A DNA stretch of 64,000 nucleotides from Thermoplasmata archaeon (GTDB lineage Archaea; Thermoplasmatota; Thermoplasmata; Lutacidiplasmatales; UBA184), in the NCBI GenBank assembly GCA_022750335.1, contig JAKIVX010000005.1, forward strand, positions 16,119 through 80,118, in the 5' to 3' direction. The notes below the pieces were generated by a model. That model made no database searches, was not told where the DNA came from, and was given only the letters and a program-made list of their open reading frames with translations. Of this stretch, positions 36,985-46,179 are shown one piece after another. Each line of letters begins with the position of its first letter. The stretch's first letter is position 1. A program made the translations under genes and the position numbers.

Positions 36985-37267
36985 CGCTCCCCGTAACGCT
37001 GTGGTGACTATAAGTGCTCCGATGAGAAGACCGACACGAATGGGTCGGTTCAGGCCGGCTCGGCCCGCTGCTCAAGACATCCACCGAGGGGCGCTCAGCC
37101 GGCTCCGAGGGGAGCGGAGGAATCGAACTGTTCGACGATCCCCTCTACGGGAACTTGGGACATCTCCGTCCAGACTCGGTCAATAAATGAAACGTCGATC
37201 AAACCAGACGGGCGGCGTGCTACTTACTTTGGAATGAGCTCGACCTAGGTAAGTCTAATACCCGCCG

Positions 37268-37726
37268 ATGCAAATTGCCCTGTGGGCCATGGCGGCCGAA
37301 TCGCTAGCAGACATTCACTGTTATCGCTGCATCTATACTTGGACGCCCAGACGCGCACCGGTCCGGATGTGCCCCCGATGCAAGTCGAGACTCTGGATTG
37401 TTCCCAAGGTTCGTCCGATCCACGTCGGGACCGGGCTCGGGATTCCTGAGGTCCTGGGACTCCATCGCGACCGAGTCCTGGCCCTTGCCAAGAGATATGG
37501 CGCGAAGCGAGTCCGCGTGTTCGGCTCGGTTCGCCGAGGAGAAGCGAATTAACGGAGCGACCTCGATCTCTTGGTTGACGGTCTGCCAAGGGCCTCGTTG
37601 CTCGATCAAGCCCACCTAGAGACCGAGCTCGGGAAGCTCCTGGGGCGCCCGGTCGACGTGGTGGAGGAGGATAGCCTTCCCTGGTCAATCCGACACCAAG
37701 TGCTGGCCGAGGCGGTTCTCCTTTGA
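37268..37726 (+). pseudogene. MNT-type nucleotidyltransferase antitoxin with an N-terminal zinc ribbon, interrupted by in-frame TAA at 37550-37552
   Basis: Reads ...CYRC...CPRC...VLALAKRYGAKRVRVFGSVRRGEAN-TAA-RSDLDLLVDGLPRASLLDQAHLETELGKLLGRPVDVVEE...AEAVLL. The canonical GS-x-ARGEA...SDLDLLV motif is therefore split by one stop, with the frame otherwise open. Confidence 0.65.
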
Positions 37727-38082
37727 GGGCCTCCGAGGGCCGAGTCCGTACCCTGGTCGATCGAATGCTCCGGGAAGCGTCAGCGGCCGAACGCTATCTC
37801 TCACGCGGGAAGTAGTCGTTCTTCGACCTTCGGACTCCGGAGATCCGAGACGCGGTGGAGCTCCGAATCCTTCACTTTACTGAGACGGCCACGAAGGTCG
37901 GACGTCCCTTCAGGAATGCGAATCCGCTCATTCCGTGGGATGATCTCGACCAGCTGCGGAACGACCTTGTCCGCGAGTACCCGGAGGTCAAGGCGGACAA
38001 GATCTGGCGATTCGTTCAGGATGACCTTCCCGGTCTGGTCATGAAGCTCCGGCGCGCCCGATACGCGGAGAAGGGTTCCTAG
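37723..38082 (+). pseudogene. HepT/DUF86 (HEPN) toxin interrupted by in-frame TAG at 37813-37815
   Basis: Hand translation from the TTG at 37723 gives LRASEGRVRTLVDRMLREASAAERYLSRGK-TAG-SFFDLRTPEIRDAVELRILHFTETATKV...IPWDDLDQLRNDLVREY...IWRFVQDDLPGL. This is the R-x4-H-type HEPN/DUF86 layout. Its start overlaps the MNT stop. Confidence 0.65.
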
Positions 38083-38210
38083 GCATCGGATAGGGGAACG
38101 CCGCTGGGGTTCGGTCGCCACGCGGTCCCGGGTCTCTCCGAAGGCGGGGAATGGAATCCTTCCTCGATTCCCCCCTCCGAGCTGACGATGTGACGAACTC
38201 TCCCGGAGGG

Positions 38211-39158
38211 TCATCGCGGATTCGCCGGCTGAGGTTTGTTCCCCAACTGAGGCTCGATGAAGATCGCCAGCTTGTGGAGGCCGTCGCGCATCTCATCCTC
38301 GTCCAATCCGATGTAGTGGACGGTTTGATCGAGTGAGCTGTGTCCGTAGAGGTTCTTCAGTTGGACCAGATCCATCCCGGCCTTGTGGGCAAGTCGCCCG
38401 AAGGTCCGACGCAAGTCGTGGTGCGAGACTCGTACGCCGAGGCTAGGAAAACCCGCCCTCTCGGCGACTCGACGGAGGAGGAGGTCAGCACCAGAAGGGG
38501 AAAGGGGGACTAACGGCTCGTGTCCACCCTCCTGGAATCTATGGGAGCGCAAGACGCGCGCTGTCTCGGAGAACATCGGGAGAGTGCGCCATTTCCCCCC
38601 GTTCCGTCCCTTTCCGAGCACGTGAAGCCGCTGCCGTGCAAAATCAACGTCCATTCCGCGCAGTCGTAACACTTCCACGCGGCGGAGCCCGTTGAATGCT
38701 TCCAGAGCAAGGAGCACCCTTTCTCGCCCTTGAGCGGCCCGATAGAGCCGGAACAGTTGCTCCGGCGCGAGCCACCTTCTCCGACCGGTGCTATCCTGGG
38801 GTACGGCCCAAACCCCCCGATCAGCGGCCAGTGGGTTCCTCGCCCACCGGAGGAATCGTCGGAGGGCGTTGAAGTGCACACCGAATGTGGCCGAACTCCA
38901 GGACAAGCCATGTTTGAGTTGTTCAATGTGAGCCGCCCTCAAGCGCCCCGGAGTGGAGGGGGCCGAAATCTCTCCCGCTTTTCGGATGAGCGTCGGGGTA
39001 CGCAGAATTTCATACTGCACGCGACGTTTCCAGGCATCACCTATCGACGAGCCGGCTAGATCTTCCCTGGCAAATCGACGGACCGACGCGACCCAGGCGT
39101 GACGAGGGCCACGACTCGGCCTCCGCTTGCTCAAGGGTCGGCCCGACGGTCGGTGCAT
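38211..39158 (-). CDS. Tyrosine-type site-specific recombinase/integrase
   Basis: 315 aa. Catalytic pattern R (GLRRVEVLRLR), H-x-x-R (HDLRRTFG), H and Y (LYGHSSLDQTVHYI). Confidence 0.9.
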   Translation of the reverse strand: MHRPSGRPLSKRRPSRGPRHAWVASVRRFAREDLAGSSIGDAWKRRVQYEILRTPTLIRKAGEISAPSTPGRLRAAHIEQLKHGLSWSSATFGVHFNALRRFLRWARNPLAADRGVWAVPQDSTGRRRWLAPEQLFRLYRAAQGRERVLLALEAFNGLRRVEVLRLRGMDVDFARQRLHVLGKGRNGGKWRTLPMFSETARVLRSHRFQEGGHEPLVPLSPSGADLLLRRVAERAGFPSLGVRVSHHDLRRTFGRLAHKAGMDLVQLKNLYGHSSLDQTVHYIGLDEDEMRDGLHKLAIFIEPQLGNKPQPANPR

Positions 39159-39574
39159 ATCGTGCGAGTGATCTTACCCCCTTGCTCCCTTTCGGGGGGA
39201 TTGAATGATGAGAAGTGTGCCAACGAGGCAGGTACCGGCCAAGATCGGAACGCGCGGTCGTCACGCCTGTCCCACAGGATGGTTGAGATTCGGACTTTCG
39301 CCAACGCCCTCAGCCGGCAACGTCCGGCGCGACGCTTGCGCCGTTCAAATCCTTACCTAAGATTCTTCGAAGAACACGATGGTAGGATCGATGCAGCCGC
39401 ACGATCCTCAGCGGCCGGCGACCCCTCGACTTCGGTCGACCCAAGCGGAAATTCCTCTTGCCCCTCGTCAGGTCGAACGACCGAGTCGCGGCACAAACGC
39501 TCGGGGCTCGGGACTAGCCTAAGGGGCTGGCCCCAACACGGTCGGGATGCCAGGGAGGCCATTTCCTTCGCTTC

Positions 39575-41254
39575 TTGAAGGGGTCGGTAGGTTATTTCAG
39601 GCAGGCTGCGGTGAGTCCCCCCCCGGCTCCGTCCAACCAGGAGAGGGGTCGGCTGGAGCATGAGAGAGTTTGGAGTAGGGGCCCATCACCGGCACGGCAA
39701 TCCACGGTGGAGGGTGCGGTGAGCGGGCCCGACTGGGACTCGCTGGGGCGAGCCTGGTGGTCCCACGTCCGCGTTCTCGCCGGGGACAACATGCAAGGGC
39801 GCGAAACGGGGAGCCCGGGGTATCAGCGGGCGGCTGCCTATGTCGCAGAGCAGTTTCAGGCGGCCGGACTCGAGCCTGCCGGCGTGGACGGCTACCGCCA
39901 GTCGGTCGATTTTCGCGTTTCCCAGCTTGACGAGCCCAACAGCTCGCTCACCCTGATCCGCGGTGGTACGGCGCAACCGCTCCAGCTCCGCGACGATGCC
40001 CAGTTCGCGGTCAGCACGGGGACGGTGCCGGACCTGGAAGCCGAGGTCGTCTTCGTCGGCTACGGGCTCGATGTGCCCGAGCACCAGTACAGCGACCTAG
40101 CCGGGCTGGATCTCAATGGGAAGATCGCAGTCTACTTCCGAGGCGGCCCATCCGACCTGCCCGGTCCGATCAAGGCGCACTATCAGTCGGTCGAGGAACG
40201 CCTCCGTTCCCTCCGGAAGGCGGGGGTCGTCGGGAGCGTCATGATGACCAACCCCAAAGTACCCGACCTTCCCTGGCCTCGAATCGCGACCGGCCTACTG
40301 CTCCCGAGGATGGAACTGGCCGAGGCGATGTCGGACAGCCCGCGCCCGCTCCCGCTGGCCATGGCGTTCAACCCCGATCGACTGGAACTACTGATGGCCG
40401 GGAGCGGTCACTCCGCCTCAGAGATCATGCAGGGGCTCGGTGGACCGGGCCCGCTACCCCGATTTCCCCTCGCGGTGAAGATTCGCGCGCACGTGGCCGT
40501 CCGGCGCTCGATGGCTCGCTGCACCAATGTCGTGGGTCTGCTTCCCGGAAGCGACCCCACGCTCCGAACGGAGTACGTCGCCGGCAGCGCCCACCTTGAC
40601 CACCTCGGCATTGGCGAGCCAGTGAACGGGAAATCGCTCTACGGCGGGGCGATGGACAACGCGTCGGGCGTCGCCACTCTGATTCAAATCGCTCGTATGA
40701 TGAAAGAATCGGGACAACGACCGAGGCGGTCGATGATCTTCCTGGCGGTGACGGGTGAGGAGAAGGGCCTGTTGGGTTCGGAATACTTTGCCACACACCC
40801 GAGCGTCGCGGGCCCGATCGTGGCGAACCTGAACATGGACATGTTCCTCCCTCTCTATCCCTTGAAGTATCTCGAGATTCAGGGACTGGGCGAATCCAGT
40901 CTCGGTCGGGACATTCGGGCCCTCGGAGCGGAGGTGGGGGTCCGGGCCGACGCGGAGTATGAACCCGACCGAGTACTGTTCATCCGCAGCGACCAGTACA
41001 ATTTCGTTAAGAAAGGCGTCCCCGCCCTGATGCTGTCGGTCGGGTACCAAAAGGGCTCCCCGGAGGAGGAGACATCGAAAGCTTGGTTCCGGGATCGCTA
41101 CCATGCTCCGGCCGACGATGTGGAACAGCCGGTGGACTTGGTCGCAGCCGCCCAATTCACGGACCTTTTGGGCAAACTGATGCTGAAGGTCGCCGACGCA
41201 CAGCAGCGCCCAACTTGGAACGAGGACAGCTTCTTCCGTCGATTCGTTCGCTGA
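39575..41254 (+). CDS. M28 family aminopeptidase with a PA domain
   Basis: Motifs GRETGSPGY, NVVGLLPGSD, SAHLDHLG, GAMDNASGVATLI, TGEEKGLLGS and HAPADD. The start is uncertain and no clear signal peptide follows the first ATG. Confidence 0.8.
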   Translation: MKGSVGYFRQAAVSPPPAPSNQERGRLEHERVWSRGPSPARQSTVEGAVSGPDWDSLGRAWWSHVRVLAGDNMQGRETGSPGYQRAAAYVAEQFQAAGLEPAGVDGYRQSVDFRVSQLDEPNSSLTLIRGGTAQPLQLRDDAQFAVSTGTVPDLEAEVVFVGYGLDVPEHQYSDLAGLDLNGKIAVYFRGGPSDLPGPIKAHYQSVEERLRSLRKAGVVGSVMMTNPKVPDLPWPRIATGLLLPRMELAEAMSDSPRPLPLAMAFNPDRLELLMAGSGHSASEIMQGLGGPGPLPRFPLAVKIRAHVAVRRSMARCTNVVGLLPGSDPTLRTEYVAGSAHLDHLGIGEPVNGKSLYGGAMDNASGVATLIQIARMMKESGQRPRRSMIFLAVTGEEKGLLGSEYFATHPSVAGPIVANLNMDMFLPLYPLKYLEIQGLGESSLGRDIRALGAEVGVRADAEYEPDRVLFIRSDQYNFVKKGVPALMLSVGYQKGSPEEETSKAWFRDRYHAPADDVEQPVDLVAAAQFTDLLGKLMLKVADAQQRPTWNEDSFFRRFVR

Positions 41255-41434
41255 ATAGGGCGGCTCTACCGCCGTTCGGTAAGGTGAGTGGTAGGCGGTC
41301 CGTCGCCCGTCGCAACGAACCTGGCTCGGGTGCCAGACACGTGCCGTCGGGGTGAGGTTGATTTCTCCCAGGATCCGGGACTAGACCATTGGGTGATGCA
41401 GGCCGTGCGCCTTGCTTTCCGGCAGCCGAGTGCC

Positions 41435-41941
41435 TTACGCGCGCTGGCCGACCTCACCCTCGAGCCGTTCGAGCTGGGCCTCCAGATTCCGCGTACCCAG
41501 CGTCCTCCAGTGCGGAGTGCCCTGACCGCGACCGGTCAGCGTGACCCGCGTCCCGGCACCTTCCGGCTCGAGGTCCATCCGAGTGCTCATCGGGACTCCG
41601 GCCCCGGCTTTCCCTAGTTCGAGGGTGAGGTCGAAGGTGAGCCGGGAAGGCTCGACCAACTCTGAGAACGTGCCTCGGAGATCGAAGGCAATCGGCACGC
41701 GGGCGGCCGTAAAGGACTCCTTCGAGGTCGGCGAGAGAAGGGCAGGCAGATAGGTGACGTGGAACGCAATCATCCCTCCGGGGTGGACTTCCAGGCGGCG
41801 GACGGAGGTTCGGAGTTCCTCCGGGCTCCACCAGCGCTCCAACGCCGCCTTTGTCGTGGCTGCGGTCCAGACTTTCCCCGGGGCTGCGGGAATCCATCGC
41901 GTGGCTGAAAGTTCGAGATCTGTTCCATTGTCGGCCGACAT
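41435..41941 (-). CDS. SRPBCC superfamily protein (AHSA1/START-like)
   Basis: 168 aa. Motif RWIPAAPGKVWTAATTKAALERWWSPEE, typical of Aha1-like SRPBCC domains. Confidence 0.75.
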   Translation of the reverse strand: MSADNGTDLELSATRWIPAAPGKVWTAATTKAALERWWSPEELRTSVRRLEVHPGGMIAFHVTYLPALLSPTSKESFTAARVPIAFDLRGTFSELVEPSRLTFDLTLELGKAGAGVPMSTRMDLEPEGAGTRVTLTGRGQGTPHWRTLGTRNLEAQLERLEGEVGQRA

Positions 41942-42141
41942 CTATCGTCCCGGTTGCAAGGCGTGATTGCGAATTTGCAGAGAGCCTACCCCTTGATGGG
42001 TTCTTCTGCCGAGACCCAGGCGCGAGGCGGACTGCCGGTGGCATGAATCCGCCGCAAATACGAGCAAATTACGACGCGCCCGGTGGGGAGGCGACAAGCC
42101 CCCGTGAGGTGGGGGATTGTCGCCTCGGTTGACCCTGAGCT

Positions 42142-43179
42142 CTACAGCAATGCCGCCAAGCGACGGAGCTGCATTTTCCACCCGATCTCCGACCTCTCCG
42201 TCCACTGTTGGTTGTGCATCCTCTCCAACGTGACCACCAACCGAACACCGGCCCTGGTCGGGTGGAACTCGACTCGCTGTAGGACCTCGTAGGGATCCGT
42301 GCCGGGGATGAAGTCAGCCACCATGCTGAAGGCGAGCCGAGAACGAGGGACGACTTCCACGAAGGTACCCCGGGCCTCGCTCGACGCCGGCATTCCCATC
42401 TTCTTGAGCCCTTGAATCAATTCGGCTGCCCGGGCCGTCATGACATACTCGATCGGACCACCCGGACGCAGACTCAGCTTCTTGACGGACGTGGTAAACC
42501 CATCCGGCCCCCACCAGCTCTCGAGCCCCTCCTTCGTGGTGAACAGCTCCCACACCCGCTCGACGGGCGCCTTGAACGTTCGCTCGAGCCGAAGCTCCCC
42601 CCGCGACGAACGGGCAGAGCCCTTCGACGATGCTTCCGAGCTAACGCCTAGGTGCGCGGCGAGGCGCTCCCAACTTTGGCGGGCGCCCCGCTCCATGCCG
42701 GACTTGGCGAATTCCTTGAGATCCTTCACCGAACCGAACACGGTGGTGTTGGTCAACTTCGTCCCGCCGTTCCACGCTTCGAAAGTGGTCGTCACCGTGA
42801 CCTCGCGGTCGGACCACCCTTTCACGTCGAACGCGAAAGTGGAAACGAGACGAGACGGGGGATCCACTTCGAGGTAGATCCCTTTGAACGGGTACTCGTG
42901 ACCATCCGAAGAGCGTTCCACGAACCTCCATGCCCCGCCGGGTCGCAGATCGACCTCGCACACGACGAGTTGGGACCCCTCTGCACCTCCCCACCAGTGG
43001 ATGAGATGCTCCGGCCTCGTCGATGCGTCAAACAATCGTTGGGGCGGGGCGTTAAACACCCGAGTCATGACGATAGTTCGCTCCCGCGTGTCCACCCGGA
43101 ACGTCGTGAGGTCCTCCGCCGACTTTGCCCGCCTCACTTTTGTCGTCCTGGCCCTGCCTGTTTGTCTCCTTGCGGTCAT
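42142..43179 (-). CDS. Tandem two-domain SRPBCC (AHSA1-like) protein
   Basis: The ORF 42142..43305 was trimmed to the ATG at 43179 (ATGA overlap with the arsR-like stop). Two repeats are present: TRVFNAPPQRLFDASTRPEHLIHWWG and RTFKAPVERVWELFTTKEGLESWWGP. Confidence 0.8.
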   Translation of the reverse strand: MTARRQTGRARTTKVRRAKSAEDLTTFRVDTRERTIVMTRVFNAPPQRLFDASTRPEHLIHWWGGAEGSQLVVCEVDLRPGGAWRFVERSSDGHEYPFKGIYLEVDPPSRLVSTFAFDVKGWSDREVTVTTTFEAWNGGTKLTNTTVFGSVKDLKEFAKSGMERGARQSWERLAAHLGVSSEASSKGSARSSRGELRLERTFKAPVERVWELFTTKEGLESWWGPDGFTTSVKKLSLRPGGPIEYVMTARAAELIQGLKKMGMPASSEARGTFVEVVPRSRLAFSMVADFIPGTDPYEVLQRVEFHPTRAGVRLVVTLERMHNQQWTERSEIGWKMQLRRLAALL

Positions 43180-43511
43180 TGTTTCTTCTCCACTTCTCGG
43201 GCGAGCCGGTCGAACCGGTCCTCCCAGAGGATCCGATAGCGCGTCAACCAGCCGAACGCCGCGCTCATCGGAACGGCATCGATGTGGCATCGATGCACAC
43301 GCCACTCGGGCGTGATCTTCAGCAGCCCCGCCCGTTCGAGCACTCGAAGGTGCCCCGAGATGGCGGGAAGACTCACTTTGTGCGGCTTGGCCAATTCGCT
43401 GACTGAGGCATCTCCGCCGGCCAGCTGCTCGATAATGGCCCTTCGAATCGGATGGGCGAGAGCCGCAAAGATGGCGTCCAGGTTGACCGCGGACTTGTCT
43501 CGTTTAGGCAT
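43176..43511 (-). CDS. ArsR/SmtB family transcriptional regulator
   Basis: HTH region LAHPIRRAIIEQLAGGDASVSELAKPHKVSLPAISGHLRVLERAGLL. Confidence 0.9.
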   Translation of the reverse strand: MPKRDKSAVNLDAIFAALAHPIRRAIIEQLAGGDASVSELAKPHKVSLPAISGHLRVLERAGLLKITPEWRVHRCHIDAVPMSAAFGWLTRYRILWEDRFDRLAREVEKKQ

Positions 43512-43520
43512 CTGCCTAAA
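43503..43520. promoter_or_regulatory. Perfect 18-bp palindrome TTTAGGCA-TC-TGCCTAAA overlapping the ArsR start codon (candidate autoregulatory operator)
   Basis: Read directly from the sequence: 8-bp arms, 2-bp spacer. The minus-strand ATG (43509-43511) lies inside the left arm. An AT-rich stretch follows at 43521-43560. Confidence 0.5.
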
Positions 43521-43693
43521 TGATAGGGACGGCCATTATTTAACATTTTACTTAATTGACAACCCCCCCACCGGGTTTGGGTCGAGAGCTGGGGTGTGCA
43601 AGGTCCGTTGCACTCATTCCTTGGCCCTTCCGCCCCGACCGTTCCTATGGGTGATGCTGCAACGTCATAGCGTCCAACGTCTTCGCCACGCCC

Positions 43694-44452
43694 ATGTGCC
43701 ACACGGACGACTCTCGAGCCCCTGAACCCCCCCGCCGCGGTCCCGTCGGCGAACACGGCTCGCAGGAGCTCACGTCGTCGGACGGAACCCGGTACCGCGC
43801 GTACGTGGCGACCCCGAAGGAAACCGCCCGAGCCGGCGTGGTCATCCTTCCCGACGTTCGCGGGTTGCACCCCTACTACGAGGACCTCACCGTTCGATTC
43901 GCGGAGGCTGGCTTCCGAGCGGTCGCGATCGACTACTTCGGACGCACAGCCGGGCTGGGAGCCCGGGATGACTCGTTCGACTGGAAGTCGCATTTCGAGA
44001 AGGCGACCCCGGAGGGGATCGCGCACGACGTCCGGGCCGCGGCCGAATGGATCCGGGCCGCCGCGCAGCGCCCCGATATTCCGACCTTTACGGTCGGGTT
44101 CTGCTTCGGGGGGGCGAACTCTTGGCGCCAGTCCGGCGAACAGTCGGACCTCGCCGGATGTATCGGGTTCTACGGCGGCCGACCGATGGAACGGGCCGGC
44201 GCGGCGATCCCGAAGATGACAGCGCCGCTCCTCATGCTCCTCGCGGGAGATGACAAGGGGACTCCCCCCGCGGAATTCGAGGAGTTCGCCGGTCTCGTCC
44301 GGGCCCGAGGTCTCGAAGTTGAATCGCACACCTACGCGGGCGCCCCCCACAGCTACTTCGACCGCTCCTTCGCCGAGCATCGCGAGGCTTGTGAGGACTC
44401 CTGGAGGAGGATCTTGGAGTTCACCGATCGCCACGTTACCGGCCCCCGATAG
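43694..44452 (+). CDS. Dienelactone hydrolase family protein
   Basis: 252 aa. Motifs VVILPDVRGLHPYYEDL..FAEAGF.A.A.DYFGR, nucleophile elbow GFCFGG and a late HSYF. Confidence 0.85.
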   Translation: MCHTDDSRAPEPPRRGPVGEHGSQELTSSDGTRYRAYVATPKETARAGVVILPDVRGLHPYYEDLTVRFAEAGFRAVAIDYFGRTAGLGARDDSFDWKSHFEKATPEGIAHDVRAAAEWIRAAAQRPDIPTFTVGFCFGGANSWRQSGEQSDLAGCIGFYGGRPMERAGAAIPKMTAPLLMLLAGDDKGTPPAEFEEFAGLVRARGLEVESHTYAGAPHSYFDRSFAEHREACEDSWRRILEFTDRHVTGPR

Positions 44453-44493
44453 AATCTAAACGCCGGGTGCTCTTTCGAGGTTAGGCCCATCGC

Positions 44494-44916
44494 ATGCGGA
44501 AGAGTGCCTCAAAGGGCTCCCGTGCCCCCACCAAGCCGATAGGCGCAACAGCCAGACAGCCTTCGAAGTGGAAGGACGAGATCGTTTCCCGGCTTCGACG
44601 CCTCATCGAAGAGGCTGACTCCGCAGCGACCGAGGAGCAGAAGTGGAGGAAGCCATCGAACCCCGCCGGAGTTCCGGTTTGGTATCACGATGGAATCCTT
44701 TGCCACGTCGTGACCCTCAAGAACCGCGTACGGCTAACTTTCCTCAAGGGCGCCTCGCTCAAGGACACGAAGTCGCTCTTCAACGCCTGTCTCGATGGCA
44801 ATGCTATGCGCGCGATTGACATCGGTGAGGGAGACGAAATCGACGCCGGGGGGATCAAATCGCTCGTTCGTGCCGCAGCCGCCCTGAACGCTTCCTCCGT
44901 GCGCGACCGACGCTAA
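44494..44916 (+). CDS. DUF1801 (YdhG-like) domain protein
   Basis: 140 aa. Motif EEQKWRKPSNPAGVPVWYHDGILCHVVTLKNRVRLTFLKGASL. Confidence 0.65.
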   Translation: MRKSASKGSRAPTKPIGATARQPSKWKDEIVSRLRRLIEEADSAATEEQKWRKPSNPAGVPVWYHDGILCHVVTLKNRVRLTFLKGASLKDTKSLFNACLDGNAMRAIDIGEGDEIDAGGIKSLVRAAAALNASSVRDRR

Positions 44917-45043
44917 CGCGTCTGCACGATGACGGGAGGTCCCTCGGCTGGGATTGGAGTGGGATCGTACTCTTGAAACTGTCCAATCGTTGGGATCCGA
45001 TAGGGAGCGCGTTGAAAGGGTTGGTCGCTTACACGGAGCAGGG

Positions 45044-45478
45044 TCACTTCTTCGCGACGAAGGTCTTCAGACCAGCGACATCCTGGTTGAATGCGGCCTC
45101 GAGATTCGAGCGGACCGCCGGTTCGAGCTGGTTACTGGGAATGTGGGGGGACACGAACTCTCCGTAGACGTCGATCCCGGTCTTGTTTCCCTTCGGAGTG
45201 TAGATGTTGATCATCTTGGAGCCGGCCATGGGCCCTTCGAGTACTTCGATACTCATCCCCAGAGGTGGAAAGACGGTGACTCGGTTCGAGGTCTTGACCC
45301 ACTTGCCGTTCATGTTCTCCTCCTGGTTGAGGACGAACGAAGTTTCGGTCAAGGGCTTCATCTCCTGGTTCCGGGAGCCCTCGTGAGAAGACCCGTGGTC
45401 GATGGGTGACTGAATGTACTTCCACAACATGTCAAGCGGTACGTCGAAGTGACTCCCTTCGTCCTTGATCTGGACCAT
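45044..45478 (-). CDS. Hypothetical protein (possibly a Bet v1/SRPBCC-like fold)
   Basis: 144 aa with coding-like composition and no low-complexity stretches. It is divergent from the HxlR-type regulator. The family was not recognised with confidence. Confidence 0.45.
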   Translation of the reverse strand: MVQIKDEGSHFDVPLDMLWKYIQSPIDHGSSHEGSRNQEMKPLTETSFVLNQEENMNGKWVKTSNRVTVFPPLGMSIEVLEGPMAGSKMINIYTPKGNKTGIDVYGEFVSPHIPSNQLEPAVRSNLEAAFNQDVAGLKTFVAKK

Positions 45479-45595
45479 GGGCCAGGGAGCCTAGGACTGT
45501 ATTTCAAGGACGACGGAACAGAAGTATAGTCTGAGAGAAAAATCCCGACACTTGCATGCTCAGTCTCTTATTCGTACCGTAGTATCTCTAGCACG

Positions 45596-46084
45596 ATGGC
45601 GCGCCCAGAGACGGATTCACTTTCTTCTCGCTATCCAGGCGTTCCAACAGTAGCGCAGAAGGCCTGCCCCATCGCCACGACCCTGGGCACGCTCGGGCGT
45701 AAGTGGACGATTACGATCCTCCGGGACATTGCCTTCTTTCCGGACGCCTCGTTCTCGCTGATCCTGAAGGGCAACCCCGGGCTGCTGCCTCGGACCCTCT
45801 CTCTTCGGCTCAAGCAGCTCGGCTCGGATGGCCTGATCGTCCGAGACACGGAAGGAAACGGCGGCCGGAACCCAAAGTACCGACTCAGCACCAAGGGACT
45901 CCAGGTTTGGCCAATCCTTGCCACGCTGGCCCAGTACGGCATGCAGAACTTTTCGGAACAGGTGTTCGAGGATGGGCTCCCTCGGGATCTCGAAGAGGTT
46001 TTCCCGAACGGCATGAAACTCATGTTGGGTCGCTTCGCGAATTCCCCTCCGAGACGAACCCCACCTTCCCGATCACTTTCCTAA
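45596..46084 (+). CDS. HxlR family transcriptional regulator
   Basis: CPIATTLGTLGRKWTITILRDI followed by a winged helix, LSLRLKQLGSDGLIVR. Confidence 0.85.
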   Translation: MARPETDSLSSRYPGVPTVAQKACPIATTLGTLGRKWTITILRDIAFFPDASFSLILKGNPGLLPRTLSLRLKQLGSDGLIVRDTEGNGGRNPKYRLSTKGLQVWPILATLAQYGMQNFSEQVFEDGLPRDLEEVFPNGMKLMLGRFANSPPRRTPPSRSLS

Positions 46085-46179
46085 GGTATTCGCTTCCCCG
46101 GTTCGCACTTCTCGGTGGATTGCTTTCACGTCCGGTTCACTCGCCCGTGGCCCCGGAGGATCGAGACCCGGGCGCGCAG

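Larger units (their letters stand above)
36408..39158. mobile_element. tRNA-Cys-proximal integrase/TA segment, the putative left edge of an integrated or flexible genomic island (right boundary not identified)
   Basis: An intact tyrosine integrase lies 1.8 kb from the tRNA 3' end. Only TA modules lie between them. Gene content switches from housekeeping to accessory, and GC is patchily lower from here to the window end. No att duplication of the tRNA-Cys 3' end was found by eye. Confidence 0.4.

Noticed and set aside
37116-37128. T-arm-like fragment GGAGGAATCGAAC resembling the reverse complement of the tRNA-Cys T-arm, as a possible att site.
   Set aside because: It is in inverted rather than direct orientation relative to tRNA-Cys and differs by an indel. 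The flanks do not fold into a tRNA. This is likely chance or a very old relic.
37813-37815. In-frame TAG in HepT as pyrrolysine or other recoding.
   Set aside because: TAG terminates well-defined genes in this window (pdxT at 21065-21067, the M20 gene at 29577-29579). The partner gene is interrupted by TAA rather than TAG. No pyl genes are seen. Nonsense mutation or sequencing error is the simpler explanation.
39235-39352. Patchy resemblance to the tRNA-Cys 5' half (GCCAAG..., CAGGATGGTTGAGATTCGGACT) and a GTTCAAATCC motif upstream of the integrase gene.
   Set aside because: Only about 16 of 25 positions match in the best stretch. The pieces are separated by unrelated sequence, and no T-stem or cloverleaf can be drawn. 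This is not enough to call a pseudo-tRNA or att site.
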